Of a stretch of 64,000 nt of DNA, positions 1-8,956 are shown piece by piece. The notes beneath the pieces are model-generated. The model was not told the origin of the DNA. It did no database searches and saw only the letters and a list, made by a program, of their open reading frames with translations. Positions within the stretch are counted from its first letter, which is position 1. Every line of letters begins with the position of its first letter. Origin of the DNA: an uncultured Methanomassiliicoccales archaeon (GTDB lineage Archaea; Thermoplasmatota; Thermoplasmata; Methanomassiliicoccales; UBA472); NCBI GenBank assembly GCA_963695345.1, contig OY968769.1:2208001-2272000 (forward strand), given 5' to 3'. The translations under genes were made by a program, and so were the position numbers.

Positions 1-235
1 CCCGGTGAATGTGGTGGAAACCGGCATAAAGCAATACGAGTTCAACTATACGTTCCAGGTGCAGATCGCCGGGGATTACCGGCTCTTCTTCATTCTCTAC
101 CTGGACGATGAACCGGTGCTTCCGGAAAATCCCATGGTCCCCTACCGCAATTACGTGGGCACGGAAGCCTTCCGAATAAACGATGCCCTGGCCAACGATG
201 TGATGAGCCTGAACCTGATACTGAACGTCACTTGA
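1..235 (+). CDS. C-terminal fragment of a DUF1616-like membrane protein (runs off window start)
   Basis: Ends YTFQV..GDYRLFFILYLD...SLNLILNVT, paralleling the C-terminus of 15079-16086 (YNFS..GSYKIWFVLQVD...SLNLNLNIS). Confidence 0.65.
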   Translation, partial: PVNVVETGIKQYEFNYTFQVQIAGDYRLFFILYLDDEPVLPENPMVPYRNYVGTEAFRINDALANDVMSLNLILNVT

Positions 236-456
236 TCCGCACCAACGAGAAGGCATGGCAGGATGTCGATCCCTTGATGCGGTGTGGACGCCCTCCAATT
301 CCCCATTCTTACGGTAATCATTGACCTGGATAGATAGTCCCATCGATCGGTTCAAACGGCGTCAAGATGAAATTAATGAAGGCCGAGCCCTCTTGATTGC
401 AGGGCTTAACAAAACAAATAAGGGGATTGATAAGGTTTGTTGATCTTCCGGAAGGA

Positions 457-726
457 TCAGTTCAACGGATGAACGATCTCGAGGATCTGGAACACCACGG
501 TAGCCGCGAACACGATAAGAAGCGGAATGACCACAGCGTCCAATGTCGCCAGTATCCTCTTCGACCTCTTCGAGGAGGCGCTTATGAGCTCCCTTGACGA
601 CAGAAGCATGACCAGGAGAATGGCGATTAGAGCACCGCCGACGCCCCCACTGAGGACTGCCGTCATCGAAATTGCGCTAGATGTTGCGCTCGATGCTAAC
701 GTTGATGCTGCCATCACTAAGCTCAT
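457..726 (-). CDS. Small (89 aa) membrane protein with Ser/Ala/Thr-rich N-terminus and two hydrophobic helices
   Basis: Two TM segments (GGALIAILLVMLLSS; VVIPLLIVFAATVVFQIL); TATA-like TTAAATAG about 25 nt upstream on - strand; U-rich tract downstream (~407-423). Confidence 0.65.
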   Translation of the reverse strand: MSLVMAASTLASSATSSAISMTAVLSGGVGGALIAILLVMLLSSRELISASSKRSKRILATLDAVVIPLLIVFAATVVFQILEIVHPLN

Positions 727-855
727 AACATTCTATAATGAGGCAATTTGTTCTATTTAATCTTAACTCACTCTCTCCAAAAAACGTAGGTCGAGATGAT
801 AGGAAAGATATCAGACAACAATTGCTTATATAGATTTTCGCTCATGGAGCCCTGA

Positions 856-2364
856 ATGATCGGTCGTAGAACCCTCTTAATCATCATATCAAACGTCGGC
901 GCCGCGGCGCTTTCCTTCATCGGGCTATTGTTCATGACGAACTACCTGGGTAAGGATGTCTACGGCAACATCGCCTGGGTCCTGGCAACGACCGGTACGT
1001 TGAACATCGTGTCAGACCTCGGTTTCATGAGCGCCCACGTCAAAAGGGTGTCCGAGGGGCAGGACGAGAACGATTGTTTCTCCACGTATTTCGTGATCAA
1101 GTCATCCCTTACCGCCTTCATGGTGGTCTTCACCTTCGTGGCTCTGGTCGTTTGGACCGATATCAGCAACACCGCCATAACACCCGAGGCCTGGAACCTG
1201 GTCATCTTATTCCTCCTGTACTGGGTGATGTACGACCTGGCCCATGTCGTGGTGCAAACATACAACGGCAGGAGGGAGACGACCAAGGCTCAGATGATCC
1301 TGCTCACCGATCCCCTGATACGCGTTCCTTTCATCATCTTCATATCCATCAATCATGGTAGCACGTTCGAGCTGGCGTTCTCCTATGTCTTCGCGTCGTT
1401 CGCGGTCCTGCTGGTGGCTCTGTTCTTCATGAGAAGGGGCACCCTCCGCTGGAAGAAACCGACGCTGTTCCGTTCCTACATCAAGTTCGCCCTGCCGATC
1501 TCACTGATCTCCATCGCCGGGGCCATCACCGTCAACCTGGACAAGATACTGATCGGCGTCTTCGATTCGCCGGCTAACGTCGCCTTCTACTCCTCCTCGC
1601 AGACCATATTGGCCACGGTGGGCGTGATAGGCACGGCGGTGGCGACGCTGGCTTTCCCCTCGTTCTCCTACTTGCATAGTAAAGGGGACCTCGAGACCAT
1701 CAAGAAGACCACCTATGCGGCGGAACGGTACATCGCCATGATCGGGATCCCGATCGTGACCCTGGTCGTCCTGTTCCCTACTCAGATATGCGTTACGGTC
1801 TTCGGGGCGGACTTCCGCCCGGCCGGACAGACGATGCAGTTCCTCGGGTTCACGTTGGGAATGACGATGCTCAACCAGGTGTACACGTCCCAGATAATGG
1901 GCGTCAACCGGCCGGACATCACCGCCAAGATCATTCTGGGAACGTTCTTTTTGAACCTCGGCCTGATGCTGGTGTTCATTCCGCACGACCTGTTCGGGTT
2001 CCATATGCTCGGCCTGTCGTACGCGGGGGCGGCGATGGCCAACGTGATCACCGCGACGACGGTGTTCCTGACGGTGCGCATGGTGGTGAAGAGACTGACC
2101 GGTACCGGTACCGAGCGGAGGATGTGGAAGCATCTGGCGGCAGCGGCGTCGGCTGGAGCGGTGCTCGTATTGCTGAATACGATCTATCCCCTCGGAGGGT
2201 TCATTTCCCTGGCGATCTTCTTCCTGGTCCTGGAGGCGATCTTCTTCGGAATGCTGGTAGCGCTCAAGGAATTCACCATCTGGGACCTAAGGCAGATTCT
2301 GGACCTCATCAATCCCGCCAAGATGCTGAAGTATATGGGAGAAGAGATGAACAACAAGAAATGA
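856..2364 (+). CDS. Oligosaccharide flippase, Wzx/MOP (Polysacc_synt) family
   Basis: About 12-14 TM helices, SDLG motif in the N-terminal region, LDKILIG motif; TATA (cttatata) ~30 nt upstream. Confidence 0.9.
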   Translation: MIGRRTLLIIISNVGAAALSFIGLLFMTNYLGKDVYGNIAWVLATTGTLNIVSDLGFMSAHVKRVSEGQDENDCFSTYFVIKSSLTAFMVVFTFVALVVWTDISNTAITPEAWNLVILFLLYWVMYDLAHVVVQTYNGRRETTKAQMILLTDPLIRVPFIIFISINHGSTFELAFSYVFASFAVLLVALFFMRRGTLRWKKPTLFRSYIKFALPISLISIAGAITVNLDKILIGVFDSPANVAFYSSSQTILATVGVIGTAVATLAFPSFSYLHSKGDLETIKKTTYAAERYIAMIGIPIVTLVVLFPTQICVTVFGADFRPAGQTMQFLGFTLGMTMLNQVYTSQIMGVNRPDITAKIILGTFFLNLGLMLVFIPHDLFGFHMLGLSYAGAAMANVITATTVFLTVRMVVKRLTGTGTERRMWKHLAAAASAGAVLVLLNTIYPLGGFISLAIFFLVLEAIFFGMLVALKEFTIWDLRQILDLINPAKMLKYMGEEMNNKK

Positions 2365-2670
2365 CCGTTCATCGTGAACGGCCAGCACCCATCGAACTTG
2401 TACTCGCCCTGCTTCCGTGTAGCACCATTTTTCCCGCAGGGCCGTTCTCTCCATCCAGTATCGAGACAAATTGTACCTTGATGCGTCTTTGGCTGTCGAA
2501 GCGTTACTGTGTTCGTAAACATGATATGAGTTCATTCTAACGAGCGGAACCTATCACCGGTGAACGCTTCTTGCATCCGTTACGTTTTCATCAGGAAAGT
2601 GCCTTTCATCCCATCTCAACTTCTGAACGAATCGTTATTCTGATGAGCCCGACCGAGCTTGGGGGCTGTG

Positions 2671-2800
2671 CATAGTATAAGAATTTGGTGATTTCATTTG
2701 TTAAACTAATATCAAAAAAGTTCATATTTTAGAAGGCCAAATGTCATTCAGTTCTTAATATGATGACATATTTCAATATAATTTTGTTTATATCTTATCG
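2671..2800 (+). promoter_or_regulatory. AT-rich promoter/operator block, copy 1 (homologous to 22900-23024 on -)
   Basis: Shares TATAAGAA, CATT(T/C)GTTAAACTAATAT, TTCATATT, TATGATGA and an identical 20-mer ATATAATTTTGTTTATATCT (contains TATA-like TTTATA) with copy 2. Confidence 0.7.
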
Positions 2801-2832
2801 TTTTCTATCTTAAATCATGGGCGGGCAAGCGA

Positions 2833-3060
2833 AAGAGCTCTCGTTGAGGGTTAGTCCGTTCATTCCGTCGGATGGAATTCCGTCGGATCAGTTGCGATCG
2901 ACATCGACTGGATCCATTTTCGATCCAGGATGTTCAGGCTGTATTTCCCAGGGCGATTTCTTTCGATCGCCTGTAAACACGAGGAAGAACAGCTGACGAT
3001 CATCCAATCGTCAGGATGTGCCTCGATCAGTCTGCTGTAGTGAAACGTAACGAAGGAGCT
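2833..3060 (+). ncRNA. Candidate structured cis-regulatory 5' leader RNA, copy 1
   Basis: Hand alignment with reverse complement of 22635-22865 shows 6-7 conserved stems with compensatory/G-U changes, ending at SD AAGGAG. Confidence 0.65.
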
Positions 3061-3067
3061 GATAAAC

Positions 3068-3283
3068 ATGAGAATGGTATCATCAGGGAAGGACAAGAGC
3101 AGGATGGGCGTTGCGACGGCCTTAATAGTCGCGAAGGAACCCACAGCGACGGTCGATCAGTCCGTTTTGTGTCAAGGGGCGAACAAAACCAGGGACCGGG
3201 CATGGACGATCGGCGATCAGGCGATGAAAAAGAACTGTTACGAGAACGTCTCAAGCCAAAGCGGGGGCTGTTCCATATGGTAA
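3068..3283 (+). CDS. Conserved leader/upstream small protein, copy 1 (71 aa)
   Basis: SD AAGGAG; MRM..KDK..GV..TA..A.EP.A..S..ANKTR.R.WTI shared with 22355-22627; stop overlaps downstream ATG at 3277. Confidence 0.65.
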   Translation: MRMVSSGKDKSRMGVATALIVAKEPTATVDQSVLCQGANKTRDRAWTIGDQAMKKNCYENVSSQSGGCSIW

Positions 3284-4684
3284 GGATCAGGTTCAACGGC
3301 AGGTCCCTCACGCTGCTGTCGATGATGATCGTGGGGGCGATGATCGGAACATCCCTCCTGGGTGCCGCGTCGGTTCAGGGTGCCACCGCCCCGGTCGTGC
3401 CCCTCGGGGACGGGACGTCGGTTTCAGTGTCCTACACCATTTACAAAGATGGCAGCGGATACACCTGCGCGAAGAACGCGATAACCGCCGCAATCGATTT
3501 CCGGGACACCAACTCCCGAACGGTGATTCAGAAGGCGATCGACAAGCTGTCGGGCGGCTATGTCTACATCAAGGCAGGAACGTATGACATTTCCAAGACC
3601 ATCTACACGAACAAAGTGTCGATCGTCGGCGACGGGAACGGGACCATACTCAAGATCGGCACCACCGTTCACAGCGCAGGCCTGCTGGTGACGAACGGCT
3701 ACTACAAGCTCGATGGCACCTACATGTCCAGCCGTCCGACCGGCATCACCATCAGCAACCTCCAGGTCGACGGCAACCGGGCCGTCAGGACCAGCGGGAC
3801 GATGGAAGGCATCGGCATGATAAACACCCTGAACAGCAAGATCTTCAGGGTCTACGTGCACGACGTGATCGCTGGGACAGGGCATCTACATGTCCAACTC
3901 GCAGTACTGCAGCATTAAGAACAGCCAGGTCTACAACATCGGGGATACGACATACGCGCACTACGGATCGGGAATCGCGTTCGGCGAGGCTTCATCTTCG
4001 AAGATAGCATCGGCGTACATCACCATCGACAAGGTGCGGATCACGAAAGTGTCGATGTCCTGCATCGACCTGGAGCCGGCCAACCACGTGACCATAACCA
4101 ACTGCGTTTTCCGTGAGGCCTCGACCTGGAACGGGCACGCCACCCCGGTGATAACGGAATATGTGATATCCGGATGGGGGGCAAATGATTACATCACGGC
4201 CACCGGCAACAATATGTACGGTGCATTCGGGGAGTTCATCGTCCTGACGCCGAGCAACCATTGTGTGATCAGCAACAACGTCATCACCTATACCGCCGGG
4301 AAAACGGCCGCCATATACTCCACCGGGTCGTACGACAATGTGATCAAAGGGAACAAGATCACGACCATCCAGAAGGACGCGATCGTGGGAGTGAACTGCC
4401 GGTCGTTCTTGGTGGAAGGCAACACGATCGACGAGGCGGCCACGGGTCAGAACGCCTACGGGATCCGGTTCTTCGAATCCGGCGGCACATCGTCCGACAA
4501 CCAGATCAAGAGCAACACGGTCATCGGTTTCAAGTACGCCATCACGGCCAACTACGGTAGCGACTACTCGACGATCACGTACAACACCGTCAAGTCAAGC
4601 TATGTCGGCCTGATGCTGACCGGAACGCACAATGTCAAGATCGGCAACGTGCTGAACGGAGCGCTGGAACGGATATCCGCGTAA
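3277..4684 (+). CDS. Secreted right-handed parallel beta-helix (pectate lyase-like/NosD-like) protein; frameshift near 3880
   Basis: Signal peptide (LTLLSMMIVGAMIGTSLLGAASVQGA); IQKAID..GGYVYIKAGTY Pectate_lyase_3-like start; repeated N.I.GN.I beta-helix rungs; ORFs 3016-3918 and 3890-4684 join. Confidence 0.8.
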
Positions 4685-4932
4685 GCTGAGTGGAGAGCAT
4701 TCGGAGAAAAAACGCCAACAACGACCGGTCCTGCGGTTCGCGGGCCCGGTCTTACTTTTTCGACCTGGATCATCGACCAGACCATGTTCTCACGGAATTG
4801 GGAACATTGGAGCGCCTTTCATTCATTGTTTTCGCACTTTCATGGGGCGCGATGGCTATCCTACCGTGTCGTTCGTCAGGAAACAGCATGGGTCGGGAGA
4901 TTTACTTAGCCTTTTGACCGGCCGTTGACCCA

Positions 4933-5595
4933 TCACCGGAACGGCGTCTTCCAGCTCGTGTTCAAGGTGTATTTGTTGACCGGCCTCGCCTTGATGAACT
5001 TCGCCGGGACGCCGCCCACCATGGTCCATGCCGGAACGTCCTTGGTGACAACGGCTCCGGTGGCCACCACCGCACCTTCTCGCACGGTGATGCCTGGTAG
5101 GATGGTCACTCCGGCCCCGATGTAGACCCAATCCTCTATGGTGACCTTGCCTCTGGTCGCTCCGAACCCTGGGTCGTTGATGTCGTGCTCCATGGTGAAG
5201 ATCTTGAGGTCATCGCCGATGTTGACGTTGTTGCCGATGGCTATGCCCGCCCTGAAATCCAACGACGCATCGGTTCCGACGATCGAATTGTGTCCTATGA
5301 TGAGATTCCGAGTGCTGCCCCGGAATTTGCAGCCCCGGTTAATGTGGGAGGACTTGGGCATCCTGACCCGGAAAACGTACCGGTACAGGGTCGACCGCAG
5401 CCAGTGTCCATAGAGGTAACCGGTCCCGTTGCACAGGACGCACTTCAGGTTGACGAAATAGTCTCTTGTATGGGCCGCTATGGTCGCCAACTCATCATTG
5501 GATTTTAGAAATGACACGATCCTGTCCTGAAATGGGTTGCGAACTGACAATGGAACAGCCCTCTTGGGTAAGGCTAACATCCCCTTCAATTTCAA
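4933..5595 (-). CDS. Hexapeptide-repeat O-acetyltransferase (WcaF/maltose acetyltransferase-like)
   Basis: IGNNVNIG, VTIEDWVYIGAGVTILPGITV..GAVVATGAVVTKDVP..VGGVPAK. Confidence 0.9.
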   Translation of the reverse strand: MKLKGMLALPKRAVPLSVRNPFQDRIVSFLKSNDELATIAAHTRDYFVNLKCVLCNGTGYLYGHWLRSTLYRYVFRVRMPKSSHINRGCKFRGSTRNLIIGHNSIVGTDASLDFRAGIAIGNNVNIGDDLKIFTMEHDINDPGFGATRGKVTIEDWVYIGAGVTILPGITVREGAVVATGAVVTKDVPAWTMVGGVPAKFIKARPVNKYTLNTSWKTPFR

Positions 5596-5683
5596 TATTT
5601 CGCAATTATCATATTATCGGGTTTGAAAGAAAAATACACTTGTAATAATATAATTAATCACGAGCCAGGTGGAACGATCAGGA

Positions 5684-6700
5684 TCACTTAGTCCTGATAT
5701 CCTTTAGCGGGATCTCCTTGCCATCCCGGTCGTACTCGGCGACGATCCGTGGCGGCCTCCGGAAGTACTGGGGCATTTCGCCCAGGGTGGAGAAGCGGAA
5801 CTGGTTGTCCTTGGCATAGGCGAGGGCCATCTCGATCTTGTCGAGGAGGGTCTGGCAATCCTTTTCCGTATCTGCGTACGGTGACGCTCCTGGCATGACC
5901 TCCATCGAATGGAACATCATGGTCAGGGTGACGTCCTTCTTGTCGGCATGCTGCTTAACGACCTGCCTCATCACCTCGACCATGCCCTCTCCGGTGTTGT
6001 TGGAGGGGCGGAGCCACTGCAGCCGATAGAGTCGATCGGTCAATGAATGGAGGGCTGTTGAATGCCATTTCCTGTGCTTCTCCGGTTCCAGGATGGTGAC
6101 AGGGACCTCGAGCACGCCGCGGCCGTTGGGCGCCAGCATGTCCGTCTCCATGGGGTAGTATGGTTGGTCGGGGGCATTGAGGTAGTTGGCACGGCCCTCC
6201 TTGTAATTCCAGTCGATGTTCGGGGTCACGGACGAGTCGACCTTGTAGTTGAGCTCGTCGAGGATCCTAAGAGTGTTGAGCCCTGCTCCGAAGCGGCCGG
6301 CGCGGAAAGACAGTGGTTTGTAGCCCAGGCGGGTGGCGAACAGCGCGGTGAGGTTCACCATCTTCTGCCGCTCGATCTCGTAGGTGTACGAGGATTGCAT
6401 GTTGTCGGTGGCCATGTTCGCCATGCTTCCCTGGTGACCGAGGGGGTCGATCATGTCCCCGTGCATATGGGTCCCGAGCTCGCAGTCCTTTAGGTGCTTG
6501 AGCACGGAGAGGCAGGCGTCGTCCCTGATCACTTCGGGCGAGAGAAGATAGGTGGGCTTGGCTCCGTACTTGGCGAACAGCCTGCCGAGCTTGTCCGGGA
6601 TACCGGTCGTGACGGAGGAGAAGCTTTCGTTGGCGGAGACCTTCCAGTCCTTACCCTTGTCTATCTCGGTATCGATGGTGATGAGCAGATGGATGGCCAT
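5684..6700 (-). CDS. Polysaccharide deacetylase-like (WalW/CE4-like) protein
   Basis: ITIDTE, ELGTHMH, SFRAGRFG, VDSSV, EVPVT, MFHSME motifs. Confidence 0.8.
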   Translation of the reverse strand: MAIHLLITIDTEIDKGKDWKVSANESFSSVTTGIPDKLGRLFAKYGAKPTYLLSPEVIRDDACLSVLKHLKDCELGTHMHGDMIDPLGHQGSMANMATDNMQSSYTYEIERQKMVNLTALFATRLGYKPLSFRAGRFGAGLNTLRILDELNYKVDSSVTPNIDWNYKEGRANYLNAPDQPYYPMETDMLAPNGRGVLEVPVTILEPEKHRKWHSTALHSLTDRLYRLQWLRPSNNTGEGMVEVMRQVVKQHADKKDVTLTMMFHSMEVMPGASPYADTEKDCQTLLDKIEMALAYAKDNQFRFSTLGEMPQYFRRPPRIVAEYDRDGKEIPLKDIRTK

Positions 6701-6922
6701 TTGTTCCCGTCCGGGACGAGTTGAGCGCCTTCATGGGTTATGAAATATTGGGTATCGAAATGTTCTGCAAAGAATGACAAAGAAAGTGGTTGGTTCTCTG
6801 TAAACCATCTTCTTATTCTAGTACGGACTGAAAATTGTTGTCGGTACTCTCATGGCTGTTTAGCAGCAACCCGCGCAATCTTAATAATCAACTCATCCCC
6901 TCGGATATGAGTAAATGGTACA

Positions 6923-8929
6923 TTAATAATGGATCGATATGGCGCTCGATGAGTAGATCTTATTCAGGTCAATAACAAGGTTGTGGATTGTTGTGGTGTT
7001 CACATAGTTCAAGTTCGAATTAGACTTCAATTGACTTTCATAAGTCATTCCCTTAGAAAGGTAAATCTGCAAATTACCTCTACTGGCTAACTCTCCATCA
7101 CGAATTAAGATCAGATCAGATGTATTGTTCCTCATGATTGTTGTGATTTTCGAATCTATCTCAATTATTTGAGTGGAATTGTATCCTTCTGTATTCTGGA
7201 GATATCTGAATGAAGCATAATCCGATATGACCAATCCCGTGGAGATATTTGTCGCTGTGAACAATCCTTGGATTTCATCCTGGGATAGATAGGTCGTATA
7301 GAAAGTCCTCTGAACGAGGGGGTTGTCAGAAGAAACGAAATCGTTCGAAATGGAGGTCAGACATAGAAGGAAGAACAGTCCGGTGACAAGGTAGACTCTT
7401 CGGCGTTTGGATTTTGTAACTAATACGAATAGACCAACAGCGGAGGCAAAGACTATGAAATATGTAAAATACTCACCGAATCTCATGATGAAGGTTTCAT
7501 AACTTCCTTGACCGATCAATAAAGTTGGACCCGGAAACACAAGTGGAACGGCCAGGATTGCAGAAATGCAAATTCCCCTCAAGATAGAATTTGAATTTCT
7601 CTTGGATAGAGCATAGAATAGTCCGATTATCATCAACAATAAATAAAACGAGTATTCAATATAATTGAATAGTTCAGTATAAGGATTGGCAAGCAATGCT
7701 TTTCCAATGATCTTGCTTGGAACAAATACGAAAGTATCTCGAACAACCGCCGAGAATAGATCCTGTGCTGAGTATACCCAATATGCTGCAGTAATCACTC
7801 CAGCAAGAATCACGAATCGATAATTCATGACTAGTTCTTTTTCCGTACTTTCACTCTTATAAAATATTATTAACAATATGAATATAATAATCATATAGGG
7901 TATTGAAACGGTATGGTACATGACAACCGCCAATACAAGGAATAGAGCTAACATAAGCTTCTGCGGATTCTTATTCCCTACCAATAATATTAAGATCAAT
8001 ATCATGAAGAACGGCGTTACAGTTCTCGGAATCGACGACATTCCGTATATTATCGAATCAGGGAAAATACTAAGCAATAAGCAAGCAAGCAAAGCAATTT
8101 TGACATTTCCAGTTATCTTACGTGTCAAATAGTATGCTGCAATAATGTAGAATACAACAACCACTCCACCCGTTATGAACATGGTATATCTGACCGGTAT
8201 GTCTATTCCAATGATCATTTGTTCAGAAGATACCAGAATATGCCATAGTGGAAATGGTTGATAGATCCCAAAATTCTGTGATATTGACCCAGAATTAAGA
8301 ATATCGGTTATAAGACTAATATGAACTAATGGATCTGTCCTGCCAATGAAATAGTAATAATTGATATTCTCGCTAAATATTATCAATAGGCTCAAGAGCG
8401 CGATCTCGCTGAGAACGATGTAAAGATTCCTTTTTTGAACTTTCAGCGATATGGCCTGAGAAAAAATAATGGAAGCCATTACCGAAACTACAAGGTAAAA
8501 TATGTCAGATCTTATGATGTTATTATATAATATTATTATGCAAATACTAAATAAATTAAAAAATATTATAGAATATATTGTAAAATATATATTTTTTGAT
8601 TCAATATTATTTTCAACTCGATCATGTTTAAGATATACATTAATAAGGATTGGACCAATAATTAAGGGAAATGCAAGATATATCCCAATTACAGAATAGT
8701 TCGGCATCCCAAGAATCGTTGGTATGATTAAACCTAATATTCCGATCAGGGGGAAAACATATAGAACCATTCTAATCAGAAAATCCTCATTTTTCTTCAT
8801 GTTACTCACAGAATATCTGACGCGTGCTCCAACAAAGTTCTTCAGATAGAAAAACAGTTGTTTTTGATAACAATAAAAAAAAGAAACAGTGAGTGGGCAT
8901 CCGAACAGAATGAGTGGCGAATCCCTCAT
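6923..8929 (-). CDS. Polytopic GT-C-like membrane protein (DUF2206-like); true start probably ~8800 (MKKNED)
   Basis: About 13 TM helices, G.TDP..H loop, Y..FPLWHIL, HTVS, soluble C-terminal domain ending KIYSS. Confidence 0.7.
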   Translation of the reverse strand: MRDSPLILFGCPLTVSFFYCYQKQLFFYLKNFVGARVRYSVSNMKKNEDFLIRMVLYVFPLIGILGLIIPTILGMPNYSVIGIYLAFPLIIGPILINVYLKHDRVENNIESKNIYFTIYSIIFFNLFSICIIILYNNIIRSDIFYLVVSVMASIIFSQAISLKVQKRNLYIVLSEIALLSLLIIFSENINYYYFIGRTDPLVHISLITDILNSGSISQNFGIYQPFPLWHILVSSEQMIIGIDIPVRYTMFITGGVVVVFYIIAAYYLTRKITGNVKIALLACLLLSIFPDSIIYGMSSIPRTVTPFFMILILILLVGNKNPQKLMLALFLVLAVVMYHTVSIPYMIIIFILLIIFYKSESTEKELVMNYRFVILAGVITAAYWVYSAQDLFSAVVRDTFVFVPSKIIGKALLANPYTELFNYIEYSFYLLLMIIGLFYALSKRNSNSILRGICISAILAVPLVFPGPTLLIGQGSYETFIMRFGEYFTYFIVFASAVGLFVLVTKSKRRRVYLVTGLFFLLCLTSISNDFVSSDNPLVQRTFYTTYLSQDEIQGLFTATNISTGLVISDYASFRYLQNTEGYNSTQIIEIDSKITTIMRNNTSDLILIRDGELASRGNLQIYLSKGMTYESQLKSNSNLNYVNTTTIHNLVIDLNKIYSSSAISIHY

Positions 8930-8956
8930 AGGGTCGTTCGGAAGATGAAAAGGTCA

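Noticed and set aside
2863-2888. CCGTCGG direct repeats as a CRISPR or iteron array
   Set aside because: Only two units, about 8 nt apart; better explained as a hairpin in the leader. No CRISPR array or cas genes seen in the window.
3016-3276. 87-codon N-terminal extension of the beta-helix ORF called from ATG 3016
   Set aside because: The signal peptide starts at ATG 3277 with its own SD-like GGGGG, and the conserved coding frame in this interval is the uORF at 3068.
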